A DNA stretch of 64,000 bases, taken from the NCBI GenBank assembly GCA_029856145.1, contig JAHQWK010000020.1:84120-148119 (forward strand), given 5' to 3'. This document shows, in pieces, positions 29,179 to 39,380 of this stretch (its first letter is position 1; the number at the start of each line of letters is the position of its first letter). A program made the position numbers and the translations under genes. Below the pieces are notes generated by a model, which was not told where the DNA came from, made no database searches, and was given only the letters and a program-made list of their open reading frames with translations. The stretch comes from Promethearchaeia archaeon (GTDB lineage Archaea; Asgardarchaeota; Lokiarchaeia; Sigyniarchaeales; SOKP01).

Positions 29179-29322
29179 TTAGATATCCTTTTGATTTAAA
29201 CCATTATTTTCGAGAGAATTAAAAAATCTACCACATACATGACAATAAGTGCATTTTGAATCTAAATGTATACTGGTTCTACAGGATGGGCATTTAATAT
29301 AAATGGTGTTATGAAAATACAT
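29179..29322 (-). CDS. 47-aa Zn-ribbon microprotein
   Basis: MYFHNTIYIKCPSCRTSIHLDSKCTYCHVCGRFF...; below the ORF-track cutoff. Confidence 0.7.
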   Translation of the reverse strand: MYFHNTIYIKCPSCRTSIHLDSKCTYCHVCGRFFNSLENNGLNQKDI

Positions 29323-29459
29323 AAAAAATAATCTATAATTCTGTATTTAAATTACTACATAAATGCTTAAAATGGATGAAATTTATTAGAGGGCATAATA
29401 AAATTTAAACGTTATTTTAGATATTTTAATAAGTATAAGACATTAAATAGCTAAAAAAA

Positions 29460-29534
29460 GGACCTATAGCCTAGCCTGGATAGGGCGTCGGACTTCTAAT
29501 CCGAAAGTCGCAGGTTCGAATCCTGCTAGGTCCG
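29460..29534 (+). tRNA. tRNA-Arg(TCT)
   Basis: Cloverleaf; anticodon arm TCGGA-CTTCTAA-TCCGA; GTTCGAATC; CCA not encoded. Confidence 0.97.
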
Positions 29535-29537
29535 CTC

Positions 29538-30686
29538 TTATTTTGAGGCTTTTATTTTTAAGTCTACAACAATTAATTCAGATTTTGGCGAATAATGCTT
29601 TACAATTTTAGAAAAAATAATAGATTCAATTTCCCAATTAAGAAGAGTTAGTTCTTCTTCAAGAAACTTTAAAGTTTTTTCTATAGGGTTTGGTTTTTCT
29701 GAGAATTGATAAAAATGTAGAATCCCCCCAGATTCTTTCATTAAGAAGCAAGCTACATCAATGAAATTGATTGAACTTTCGGGTAAGTTCATAATTATCC
29801 TGTCTGCTTTGTTGTATAATGATTTGCTTAATTGGTTTGTGGGCTCAAGAAGATTTTTAACATCAATGTTGTTTGGGAAAATTTCTCCGTTAAGTTTATT
29901 TAATTTGATATTGTCTTTCAAATATCTATAGGCATTGGGGTTTACATCAAAAGCATAAATTTTGACATTTTTATTTTTCGCGATTTGAATTGAGAACGTT
30001 CCAACTCCCGCAAACATATCAAGAATTATCTCATCTTCTTGTATCTCACTTGAAGCAATCCTTCGTCGCTCGAAAACCAATCTTGGAGAAAAATATATAT
30101 TCTTAATATCAAGTCTGAAAAAGCAATCATTTTCCTTATGAATTGTTTCAGATTTATCCTCGCCATTTAAAAGAGTCAATTCTCTTAAACGATACTTACC
30201 TTTTATTTCACTTTTCTTCTCATAAACGGTTTTGACATTATTATTTACATCTATTATCGCATTAGCAATTTTATCCTTATAATCATGATACTCTTTATCA
30301 TATAATTGATTAAATTTATCAAATTCGATTACAGCAATATGTCCAATAATGTCATATGATTTTGGAATTAAATCTAAATATTCATCTGGAATTTTACCTT
30401 TTACTGCTTCCTGAAGTGTTTTATATTTATAATTTTCGTTAGGTATTCCTTCTTTGGAAATCATTTCAAAATTGATTTCTTTATCTATAACTGTTTTTAT
30501 TTTATCAAGGATAGATTGCCCTTTTATTATTGGATATAAAATATAATCGTTCTCATGTAAAATTTTAAATTTATGGTTAATAATTAGAGTAGCTTTAAGA
30601 TTTTTTTTTATAAAATCAATAAAATGCTGTCCGTCTTTCTTTTTCAATTTAATATATGTAATTTCTTTTTTGTTATTGATTTCCAT
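29538..30686 (-). CDS. trm5: tRNA (guanine-37-N1) methyltransferase, Trm5/Tyw2 family
   Basis: 'SYDIIGHIA', 'HKEN', 'YFSPRL', 'DMFAGVG', 'IMNLP'. Confidence 0.9.
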   Translation of the reverse strand: MEINNKKEITYIKLKKKDGQHFIDFIKKNLKATLIINHKFKILHENDYILYPIIKGQSILDKIKTVIDKEINFEMISKEGIPNENYKYKTLQEAVKGKIPDEYLDLIPKSYDIIGHIAVIEFDKFNQLYDKEYHDYKDKIANAIIDVNNNVKTVYEKKSEIKGKYRLRELTLLNGEDKSETIHKENDCFFRLDIKNIYFSPRLVFERRRIASSEIQEDEIILDMFAGVGTFSIQIAKNKNVKIYAFDVNPNAYRYLKDNIKLNKLNGEIFPNNIDVKNLLEPTNQLSKSLYNKADRIIMNLPESSINFIDVACFLMKESGGILHFYQFSEKPNPIEKTLKFLEEELTLLNWEIESIIFSKIVKHYSPKSELIVVDLKIKASK

Positions 30687-31110
30687 TTATCTCATTTAGT
30701 TCAAATGTTATTGTTATTCTTTTTCCCGGAATTTTTAGCATTTCAATTAAAGCACGATTTATCTCATTTGATGATTTTGTACAATTAACCAGTACGGTTC
30801 TGTTGCAAATATAATTACTTGTACGAAATACCATATCATCTTTATCTAATAATCTTAGCTCTTTATTTCCAAAACCATAGAAGGAATCTTGGATATTTTC
30901 TATTTTTAATGTAACTTTTAATTTTTTTCCATTATTTATTTTTTCTTTCAAAGTGGAATTTAAATCAAAACAAGCTTTTGTAGCATTAATCCCTACGATA
31001 CAATTTCCTTTCCTTGTTAAATTTTTAACTTTTGTAAGTTCTATCGTTGTTTTATGAGTGCTTAATATATTTTCATGGCCAAAAGCATAAATTTTGTCTA
31101 AAATAGTCAT
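30673..31110 (-). CDS. DUF371 family protein
   Basis: 'GHENI.STHKTTIELTK...GNCIVG'. Confidence 0.9.
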   Translation of the reverse strand: MTILDKIYAFGHENILSTHKTTIELTKVKNLTRKGNCIVGINATKACFDLNSTLKEKINNGKKLKVTLKIENIQDSFYGFGNKELRLLDKDDMVFRTSNYICNRTVLVNCTKSSNEINRALIEMLKIPGKRITITFELNEINGNQ

Positions 31111-32757
31111 TTAATCACTTTTAAAGAATTTAATAAGGGGGTCTAGTTCATTAAATTTAGCAATCTCGAGTTTATATTTAGATTTTAAAATATCGGCCAA
31201 TTTAATTATGATATTTTTTTTAGAATATTGGACAACTTCATTGAATTGATTAATAAATTCCTCAGGAATTAATATTCCGCATTTAGAATAATTTTGAGAA
31301 TGAAATTTAAAAAATAATTCTAACTTTTGCACTAAACTCTGGTAAATTAAATTTTTTTCACTCAATAAATCAATTGATTCATATTGGCCCATGGGAAAAG
31401 AAAAGCTTAGTTCTAGTGGAATAATTCCATAAAAATCAGAGAAAAATGCCACATGAAGAAGTTTCCGGGGTATTATTGAGTTATTATTAATTTTTTCTAA
31501 CCAATTCTTGATACTTGGTGATCTATCGCCCTTTGCATCCAACTCAGGTAAAATTACTAAAAATTTTGCATTTTCTGGAACTCTATAATTATCTTTTAAT
31601 TTGGCTTCATAACGATAAAGCAGAGGTCTTTCAACACTTTCTAGAGAAGAATAAAGCCTACCGTGCGTTTTATACAATTTCTCATGTGTTTCAAATAAAG
31701 GTAAATATGATTTAATTAATTTTGAAGCTTTAACTAAACTAGGATGATTTCGAATCCTTTGTTCAACAAGCTCCCATAAGTTACCTTCTTTAATCGCTTG
31801 CCGTATTGTTCTTAATTCTGAAAATGACAAGTATAAATTATGTTTAGCTAATAGTTCAGTTCGCAATGTTTCATCGAATTTTAACACTTCTTTAGGGTTA
31901 TAGTCACAACATATAGGACAGTGGCATGGAAATTCTTCTAATTCATCTAATTTCCTTGTTCCCGTAGATAATGTGAAATATCTGTTTTCTTTTGCAAATA
32001 ATATGTATGCTGCGGAATCCATTAAGTCGCACCCGCATGCCACGGCTAAGGAAAAGAATTGAGGTAAGCCTAATCCGAACATATGAATAGGTTTATTCCA
32101 TATTATGTCTTTTTTTACATTCAAAAGAATTTCTATTACTAAATCAAATCTGTAGTTTAGGAGTGATTTAACTAAACCTCCTATTGCGTAAACTCCAAAA
32201 TCTAGTTTACTCATTTCAGTTGTGCTTGTTTTTAATAAATCATCATATTTAGCTCCATGAATTGGGCCAAACCAGTGACAAGTATCCTTGATTCTTCGAT
32301 TAATGTTTTCTTTAGCTCGCTCTATTGTTATATCAACTTTCTTTTTAGCGATATCATAATTATCATCAGGTTGAACAGGTTCATCTAAGATCACAGCAAA
32401 ATCTGTTCCAATATCTTCTTGGAATTTTTCTATTTCTGCTGCTTGAATTTTTAACTTGTTTTTGTTGTACATATACTTTTGGAAAGCTCCACTATCCGTT
32501 GCTGTTATTCCATCAAAATTTAAATGTGAATGTAGTCCTTTCCTTAAGATGTCATCTCGGATTTGTTTATTCTGATAGATAATATAAGCATTTGTAAAAA
32601 CACATTGAGCACCTATTTTTTTCAAATCTGAAGTTGAAATAATATTTTTGTATGGATGTAACACAGGAAATAAATTGGGAGTGATCATTTGTTTGTTATT
32701 TACAGTTAATTTTCCAATTCTTCCTAAAGCATCAAAATCAGAGATCTCCCATTTCAT
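31111..32757 (-). CDS. tgtA: Archaeosine tRNA-guanine(15) transglycosylase
   Basis: 'TDSGAFQ', 'PIHMFG', 'GCDLMDSAAY', Zn site CHCPIC...HN, 'LWELVE.R...HP'. Confidence 0.93.
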   Translation of the reverse strand: MKWEISDFDALGRIGKLTVNNKQMITPNLFPVLHPYKNIISTSDLKKIGAQCVFTNAYIIYQNKQIRDDILRKGLHSHLNFDGITATDSGAFQKYMYNKNKLKIQAAEIEKFQEDIGTDFAVILDEPVQPDDNYDIAKKKVDITIERAKENINRRIKDTCHWFGPIHGAKYDDLLKTSTTEMSKLDFGVYAIGGLVKSLLNYRFDLVIEILLNVKKDIIWNKPIHMFGLGLPQFFSLAVACGCDLMDSAAYILFAKENRYFTLSTGTRKLDELEEFPCHCPICCDYNPKEVLKFDETLRTELLAKHNLYLSFSELRTIRQAIKEGNLWELVEQRIRNHPSLVKASKLIKSYLPLFETHEKLYKTHGRLYSSLESVERPLLYRYEAKLKDNYRVPENAKFLVILPELDAKGDRSPSIKNWLEKINNNSIIPRKLLHVAFFSDFYGIIPLELSFSFPMGQYESIDLLSEKNLIYQSLVQKLELFFKFHSQNYSKCGILIPEEFINQFNEVVQYSKKNIIIKLADILKSKYKLEIAKFNELDPLIKFFKSD

Positions 32758-32784
32758 ATTATCTACCTTCTTTAATTTAAATAC

Positions 32785-33378
32785 CTAATCGAAAAACTCT
32801 TCTAACCGATTTTCTTGAAATAGTTTTTCCAACCAATCTATTTTACCTATAAAATAATTATTTCCATCTTGATTTCCGAGTACGATATCTACAATAATTT
32901 TAGCTATTGAATAAATACTGAGATTTGTCGTATTTATTTCAAAAAGTGGAAATTTTGATTGTTTTTGAATAAAATAATTCACGCAATTGCCTAAAATTTC
33001 TGCTTGAATGTTTTCAATAATTTTTTCTGAAGTATATTTTTTTTTTTCTAACCTTTTGTATAATTCATCCGGATTACATCTTAAAATGAACGCATAATCA
33101 ATAAAATTTTCTGGAATAATATCAGAGAAATGACTTTCTATTATCAGGAAAGGTGAATCAGCTTGCCTAATCTCATCAATCTTTTTTAAGACATAGGGCA
33201 AAAATATTTCAAAATCTACAATGTAGGTTTTTCTTTCTTCATCATATTCGAATGAAAATTTATCAGAAATTGCTAATTCATTCAAAGAGATCATTTTAGC
33301 CTGCAAGAAATTAGTTATTTCTTTTGCTACTGAGGTTTTCCCACAACCTGGTGTTCCGGAGATTAAAATATTTTTCAT
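32785..33378 (-). CDS. Adenylate kinase, AK6/Fap7 family
   Basis: 'SGTPGCGKT', 'IESH', 'ENIQAEI'. Confidence 0.92.
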   Translation of the reverse strand: MKNILISGTPGCGKTSVAKEITNFLQAKMISLNELAISDKFSFEYDEERKTYIVDFEIFLPYVLKKIDEIRQADSPFLIIESHFSDIIPENFIDYAFILRCNPDELYKRLEKKKYTSEKIIENIQAEILGNCVNYFIQKQSKFPLFEINTTNLSIYSIAKIIVDIVLGNQDGNNYFIGKIDWLEKLFQENRLEEFFD

Positions 33379-33453
33379 TTCTAAATTTATAATAGAGTAG
33401 GATAATTAAAAAAATGAATGAATATACTTGAAATTAATTCAAGCTAAAAATAA

Positions 33454-33527
33454 TGGGAAAGGGGGGCTTCGAACCCCCGACCTCACGGTTATCAGCCGTG
33501 CGCTATACCAGGCTAAGCCACTCTCCC
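33454..33527 (-). tRNA. tRNA-Ile(GAT)
   Basis: Anticodon arm CACGG-CTGATAA-CCGTG; full cloverleaf. Confidence 0.97.
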
Positions 33528-33664
33528 TTAACAGGAATGTTCACAGTATGAAAATGCATATTTTAAAAAACGTTTTTTAACGAATAAATTTAATAAATCG
33601 TATTTAAAAAATTTTTTGACCTAAAATATAATAGATAAAACGTTGTATTTTATATTAGTTAGCA

Positions 33665-34096
33665 ATGCCTAGAATTTTAAATTATTCAATAGTAGGTTTA
33701 GAGGATTATACAATTAGCTTTGAGAGTTATTGTTCTTTATGCGAAATTCAAAAATACTGCAAGTTTGGAAAAGAAGAACCTTTTTCTATTAAAATCAGTT
33801 GTAGTGATTTAAATCGGGCAAAAGAAAAAGTAAAATTTGACCAACTTCAAAGACTACAAAAGACAGAAGATGTTTCAGTTCCATATGAAGAGCTAGTTAA
33901 AAAGGTAAGAATTAATCTGCAAAATATAATTTCTCAAATATGGAAAGGGAAAATTAAAGCTCAAAAAGAAGAAATTAGATGCTTAGACTCTAGAAAAATT
34001 GATCCTATGTTAGTTTCACAACAAGGGCAGAATTGGTGGCAAGATTTTAACGCAACAATTAAAGTTATTAATCAAGAGTGTGAAAAGATTACCTAA
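33665..34096 (+). CDS. Hypothetical Cys-containing protein
   Basis: 143 aa; CxxC-x5-C. Confidence 0.75.
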   Translation: MPRILNYSIVGLEDYTISFESYCSLCEIQKYCKFGKEEPFSIKISCSDLNRAKEKVKFDQLQRLQKTEDVSVPYEELVKKVRINLQNIISQIWKGKIKAQKEEIRCLDSRKIDPMLVSQQGQNWWQDFNATIKVINQECEKIT

Positions 34097-34152
34097 CCTA
34101 ATGTAAAAGATTTTGTAGACTTTAAATACGCAGTATTAAATATTATTATGTC

Positions 34153-34785
34153 ATGGTTTTGTATGGACAAATCATTAAGAACATTTTCTCCATAGATGAA
34201 GTGTTTAATGCCATAATCGCAGTGCTGGAAAATTTTTGTATCGCTTTCAATAATTTCTTTTTAATTTTATGCAAATATCTGAAATTTATTTTTGTTTTTA
34301 TTATTTTAACTATTGGAATTCTAACTTTATTAAGATTAAGAGGTGTTTATCGACAATCTAGATTAGTTAGTAAAGATAAACAAGAAGATCTATTCATGAA
34401 ACCAAGATTAATTTTAGGATGTTCCTATATTGTTTTAGCTTTTGGAATTCTTTTTAATTATATCACTTATTTTTTAATTTGGATTTTGGATCCACTACCT
34501 GATAAATTAATCTTTAGTTTTATTGATTTTGATGGGATCGATCCTTTTTATCTAAATAGGCTAATGAATCTTAGTACTTGTCAGTTTCCTCATGAAAAAA
34601 CTATATATTATTGCTTTTCTTATTTTTCTTTATTTTCATTACTACAAATATTAGTAAGTCTATGGTATCTCATCAATAATAATCGTTTGATTAATAACCC
34701 AAGAAAAACATTCATGTGGTTAATTTCTGGTGTTATGGAAGGACTTTTATTCGGTTTCAATACATCTCTTCCATTTTTTTTGTAA
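34153..34785 (+). CDS. Membrane protein
   Basis: Several TM segments. Confidence 0.7.
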   Translation: MVLYGQIIKNIFSIDEVFNAIIAVLENFCIAFNNFFLILCKYLKFIFVFIILTIGILTLLRLRGVYRQSRLVSKDKQEDLFMKPRLILGCSYIVLAFGILFNYITYFLIWILDPLPDKLIFSFIDFDGIDPFYLNRLMNLSTCQFPHEKTIYYCFSYFSLFSLLQILVSLWYLINNNRLINNPRKTFMWLISGVMEGLLFGFNTSLPFFL

Positions 34786-35022
34786 AAATTTAACATGCAT
34801 AACTTTAATTGCATTTTCTAGATACACACAGATTCTGAGCGAAACATTTAAATAATATATTTATATATATATTATTTGCATCAAAGAATATATTAGAGTT
34901 TCAGTCACGTATATTTTTACAATTTCAAAATAGTATTTTATTCGGTACACGGGTTAATTTTTGCTTAGAAAGATTTATTAGAAGGATATTTATAATTTTA
35001 AAAATATAATTGGGTTGGTATT

Positions 35023-35910
35023 ATGGAAGTTGAATCAGATTTAAGTAATTTATCAAATTTATGCCCAGAATGTGGAGGCAAGATTATTTTACTTCATGAG
35101 AAGGGCGAGACTGTCTGTGGACAGTGTGGTTTAGTTATAAGTGAGCGTATTGTTGATATTTCGCATAGTGGAAAAAGGGCTTTTACTAAACAAGAAAAAG
35201 AAAGTAGAGAACGAACTGGATCTCCGATTTCAATTTTATTACCAGATATGGGACTAAGTACAATTATAGATAAGGCTAATATTAAAAGTCCTGATTTGAA
35301 AAGAGCTGCTAAATGGAATTCTCGAATGACTTGGGATAAGAGGAATATGTTGATTGCTACTACCGAATTAAAAAGAATTGGAAGTAATCTAAACTTACCA
35401 AATCATGTTAAAAAAGCAGCAATAAGATTATATATAGAAGCATTTAAAAAGAAACTGCTCCGTGGGAGATCTATTAATGGAATGGTTGCTGCGTGTTTAT
35501 ATTTTGCGTGTAGAGAAATAAAAATCCCACGAACTTTACAAGAAATTTTAGATCAAACCTCAATAAGCGCAAAAAATGTCAGAAGATGTTATAGAACTCT
35601 GATTAGAGAATTAAATTTAAAAGCTCCTTCTACGGATCCAATTTCTCTTATTCCAAGATTTATAGCAGAATTGGAATTAGATGCAGATGCAGAAAATGTA
35701 ACAATAAAGATTTTACAAAACTTTACTTCTAAATTTTCCACAAGTGGTAAAGATCCGAAAGGTTTATGCGCAGGAGCATTATATTTAGTATGTAAAAAAA
35801 AAGATAAAAAAATATCACAGAAAGATATAGCAAACCTAGTAGGTGTAACTGAAGTAACTCTTCGCTCAAGATATAAAGAACTTGTAAAAATGTTAAATAT
35901 TATGGTTTAA
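35023..35910 (+). CDS. tfb: Transcription initiation factor IIB
   Basis: Zn ribbon CPECG...CGQCG, 'RTG.P', 'RGRSI', 'GKDPKGL', 'VTEVTLR.RYKEL'. Confidence 0.97.
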   Translation: MEVESDLSNLSNLCPECGGKIILLHEKGETVCGQCGLVISERIVDISHSGKRAFTKQEKESRERTGSPISILLPDMGLSTIIDKANIKSPDLKRAAKWNSRMTWDKRNMLIATTELKRIGSNLNLPNHVKKAAIRLYIEAFKKKLLRGRSINGMVAACLYFACREIKIPRTLQEILDQTSISAKNVRRCYRTLIRELNLKAPSTDPISLIPRFIAELELDADAENVTIKILQNFTSKFSTSGKDPKGLCAGALYLVCKKKDKKISQKDIANLVGVTEVTLRSRYKELVKMLNIMV

Positions 35911-35931
35911 ATAAAATTTAAACTCTTTTTT

Positions 35932-36513
35932 TTAATCTTCTTTTTTTAACATTATTTTTATAAAATCTGGTAAAGTTAATAGATAGCTTTGAGCATTTGG
36001 TAAGTGATCTTTGATTTTAATAAATAATTGAGAATAATTTTCAGCTTTTTCCTTTTGTTTAAGTACATCATTTCGTGTTTGTTCTCTTACTGGTTCAACC
36101 GGAATTCCCCTCATTACTACACGAGCAGGAATAGTTAATCCAGGAGGAACCTGACTTTGATTTAGAATGATTACTCCTTCTCCAATTGATGCTTCATCGT
36201 ATATTAATGTTCCTTCTTTTATTTGAACATAATCTTCTAAAAAACATCCTAAAAGTGTAACCCCTGATTCAATAATACAATATCTTCCAATATTTATTGA
36301 ACTTTTTTGAGAGCGTGTAAACATCATTACACCATCAAAGATAGTCGTATATTCCCCTATATTAATTGGAGAATTTTCTGCGCGAATGATTGATCCTGGC
36401 CAAATTATAACATTTTCATTAACACGTACGTCACCGATAAGTGTTGCCATTGGCGAAACATAACTTTTTGGACTAATATTAGGTTTTTTTCCATTATATT
36501 CTATTATTGGCAT
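35932..36513 (-). CDS. Gamma-carbonic anhydrase-like left-handed beta-helix protein lacking the Zn ligands
   Basis: 'ATLIGDV...IWPGSIIRAE', hexapeptide repeats; the three His positions read F, S and L. Confidence 0.85.
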   Translation of the reverse strand: MPIIEYNGKKPNISPKSYVSPMATLIGDVRVNENVIIWPGSIIRAENSPINIGEYTTIFDGVMMFTRSQKSSINIGRYCIIESGVTLLGCFLEDYVQIKEGTLIYDEASIGEGVIILNQSQVPPGLTIPARVVMRGIPVEPVREQTRNDVLKQKEKAENYSQLFIKIKDHLPNAQSYLLTLPDFIKIMLKKED

Positions 36514-36609
36514 AAAATCTTCACTAAATTTTTTATAAAAATAAGGTATAATTATTAGTATTTAAATTCAAATTATTTCTTAAGAAATTTAAACTTTTAT
36601 TTAATCCAT

Positions 36610-37434
36610 TTAGATATAGGTTTTAAAAGGATCTTTAGATTCAAATAAAACAAATTCAACTTGAGGAAATTCTAGACTCAAAATGTGGCATAATTTTTTC
36701 ATTGCTAGAATTTCATTTTTATAGTGTGATATTTCTATAAGATTTAGGCTAAGATCCCTAGCAAGAATACCATCAAAGTAATTAAGATTTCCCGAAATAT
36801 AACAATCACAACCAAGATTTACTGCTTTTTTAATAAGTCTAACATTTGATATATCTCCTCCAATAACACATATTTTTTTTATTACTCTTCCAAGATCTCC
36901 TACAAATAGCACTGATTTTAAATTAAAATTTCTTTTTATTCTCTTAATTAAATCTTCTAAAGTAAAAGGATCTTTTTGGTTTGGATAATTCAATAGTGAG
37001 CAGATTCTCCCAACTGGGATTTTTTTTCCATCATTGTTCTTAATTTCTAATACATTTTCTAATTTTAAATAAAGAACATTGACGAGTGTATCTGAAACCC
37101 CACCTTCTGCTGCAATAAATGAGGAATTTAGTACAAATATCGAAATTGGGTATTTTGAAAGTAAAGATAATTTATCTATTATGTTTTGATTGAATTTTTT
37201 TATTGGCTTGTTAATTAAGCTATGATGGGATATTATTAAACTGACTTTATGTTTTAAGGCAAAATATATCGCTTCTAAGCTTAAATCTATTGTTAACATA
37301 ACCTTTTTTATAATTTTATTACTTCTAACTTTATCAAAATATAGTCCATAAATCTCTGAGTTTAGCCTAAAAACTTTTGGAGATAACTTATTTGTTAAGA
37401 GCTCTTTTAATTCTTGAAATAGCATTATAATCAC
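36610..37434 (-). CDS. Nif3-like protein
   Basis: 'LIISHH', 'VGRI', 'ISHY..E'. Confidence 0.85.
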   Translation of the reverse strand: MIIMLFQELKELLTNKLSPKVFRLNSEIYGLYFDKVRSNKIIKKVMLTIDLSLEAIYFALKHKVSLIISHHSLINKPIKKFNQNIIDKLSLLSKYPISIFVLNSSFIAAEGGVSDTLVNVLYLKLENVLEIKNNDGKKIPVGRICSLLNYPNQKDPFTLEDLIKRIKRNFNLKSVLFVGDLGRVIKKICVIGGDISNVRLIKKAVNLGCDCYISGNLNYFDGILARDLSLNLIEISHYKNEILAMKKLCHILSLEFPQVEFVLFESKDPFKTYI

Positions 37435-37565
37435 TCAATTCAAGTGCATATAGGAAAAGTCTGAATGTTTTAATATGATAAAACTGAGTAAAGATTTTTT
37501 AATTTTAAATTAAAATATATAAATTAAATTGAAAATATCTTAAACTAAAAAATGGTTCAAAAAAC

Positions 37566-37979
37566 ATGAAACAAAAAGATTGCATATTTTGTAAAATGGC
37601 GGATAGAGAAATCCCCTCGAGAATTATATTTGAAAATGACTTTACTCTTGCTTTTTTAGATATTTCTCCAATTTCTAAGGGACATACTATCGTTATCCCA
37701 AAAAATCACTACTCAAATTTAGAGGTTATACCTGATTATGAACTTAGCGAAGTTTATAAAGTAGTAAAGAACTTAGCTATAAGGATTCATAAGAAGATAA
37801 AAATTGATGGATATAATGTGCTTCAAAATAATTTTGTTGCGGCAGGTCAAGTAATTAAACATTTTCATGTTCATGTAATTCCTAGAAACAATGATGATGA
37901 AAAGTTTCGAATTAAAATACCTAGAGTTCAAGCATCAGAAGAAGAACTTGAGGAAATTTTTGAAATCTTGAAAGCTTAA
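37566..37979 (+). CDS. HIT family hydrolase
   Basis: 'CIFC', 'GHTIVIPK', 'HFHVHVIPR'. Confidence 0.96.
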   Translation: MKQKDCIFCKMADREIPSRIIFENDFTLAFLDISPISKGHTIVIPKNHYSNLEVIPDYELSEVYKVVKNLAIRIHKKIKIDGYNVLQNNFVAAGQVIKHFHVHVIPRNNDDEKFRIKIPRVQASEEELEEIFEILKA

Positions 37980-38052
37980 AATAAAATTTTCAAATCTAAT
38001 TAAATTTAAAATTAGTTTAGTTTATAAAAATATGTGAAAAATTAAGTTAGAA

Positions 38053-38253
38053 ATGAATGTTAAAAGTTTTATTAAAAAATTTCGATCCAAAACGAAAGAA
38101 TTTTTTTCCGATGAATATGGAGGGAACCTTATTGAATATGCCCTATTAGTTGGATTTGCTTTATTTATATTTTTTATTATTGTAGGTGTTGTAACTTCAT
38201 TGCTAGATTGGACTGTAGGATTATCAAATGATTTTTTTAATTTATTTGGATGA
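38053..38253 (+). CDS. Flp-type (type IVc) prepilin
   Basis: Basic leader, 'FFSDEYG|GNLIEYALLVG' with E+5/Y+6, then a hydrophobic helix. Confidence 0.8.
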   Translation: MNVKSFIKKFRSKTKEFFSDEYGGNLIEYALLVGFALFIFFIIVGVVTSLLDWTVGLSNDFFNLFG

Positions 38254-38291
38254 TTTCATAAATTATCATTAAATAAATAGATTATATTCAA

Positions 38292-38660
38292 CTACGCTTT
38301 AACTATCTTATTATCTATAAGCCTAAAGTTATACTTTTCTCCCAATTCATCTAGCTGATTTATTACAAATTCACCATCTAATTTTAAATGATCTAAAAAT
38401 ATATTAAATGGGATTTTATCTGTCCTTTTTAAATAATTTCTAATCCTATTATCAAGATCTTCTTTATCAGGAATTTTTTCTTTTCTTTTTCTCGTTCTTA
38501 ATTTCTCTAAAAGTGAATCATTTTTACTATCATTTAAAAAATATTCTACAATATTACTGATTACTTGTGCTTTTGTGGCTCCAAACACATCTACTAATTC
38601 TTCAATTAATTTCATATAACTTTTATTTAACGTAACTGTTGTTCTTGTAGTCTCTGTCAT
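38292..38660 (-). CDS. Ribbon-helix-helix (CopG-like) protein
   Basis: 'MTETTRTTVTLNKSYMKLIEELV..FGATKAQVISNIV'; start probably 38660 rather than 38759. Confidence 0.7.
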   Translation of the reverse strand: MTETTRTTVTLNKSYMKLIEELVDVFGATKAQVISNIVEYFLNDSKNDSLLEKLRTRKRKEKIPDKEDLDNRIRNYLKRTDKIPFNIFLDHLKLDGEFVINQLDELGEKYNFRLIDNKIVKA

Positions 38661-38872
38661 TTTATCATTGAAAATAAGTAATTCTACAATATGTATAGAA
38701 AAATATTCATTTTTAAATCTTATGTTAATTGATGATAATAATGCATAAATAAGCATCATTTATATATTAATTAGAATTTACTAGATCATAAGAATAAAAT
38801 TTTTCACTTGAAAAATTAAATCGTCGCAAAATTGTCGTTTTTAAATCTATCTTAAAAGTGGAGGAATAAATT

Positions 38873-39127
38873 ATGGCAAATAAAACCACAATAGAAAATT
38901 ATCTTGAATTAAAAGAATTTTTCTCACCCATCCAATTTAATTTAATTAAAACTCTAAGAGATGAGGGTCCTTTAACAAGGCGGGATTTAGTTAAGGAATT
39001 AAAAATTCCAAGAACAACTATATATGATAATTTAGTAAAACTTCAAAAAAGAAAATTAATTGAAAAATTTTCACGTACTGATGGAAAAAGAGGCCGTCCA
39101 CTCATTTTTTGGGAATTTAAAGGTTAA
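38873..39127 (+). CDS. wHTH transcriptional regulator (TrmB-like)
   Basis: 'PLTRRDLVKELKIPRTTIYDNLVKL...GRP'; GGAGG SD. Confidence 0.88.
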   Translation: MANKTTIENYLELKEFFSPIQFNLIKTLRDEGPLTRRDLVKELKIPRTTIYDNLVKLQKRKLIEKFSRTDGKRGRPLIFWEFKG

Positions 39128-39192
39128 AATTTTATTTTTTCTTTTTTATTTTTATTAATCCAAATTATTAATACTTTGTTAATATCAATATA

Positions 39193-39380
39193 GTCTCTTA
39201 TATTTCCACTGCAAATTTAATTTTTGAATAGTATTATAAAGTTAATTAATATATTTTAGAATAAGGCCCAGTTAATTATTCGTATAAATTATTTAAATAA
39301 TATTATTAAAAATTAAATAAACTAAAATTTCATGATTTAACTTAAATTTCCCAAAAAAGTTCCAATCGAAATAAAGGAGT
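39193..39380. other. Candidate replication origin (inverted ORB-like pair around an AT-rich tract)
   Basis: Plus-strand GTTCCAATCGAAATAAAGGAGT (39359-39380) and minus-strand TTTGCAGTGGAAATATAAGAGAC (39215-39193). Confidence 0.5.
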
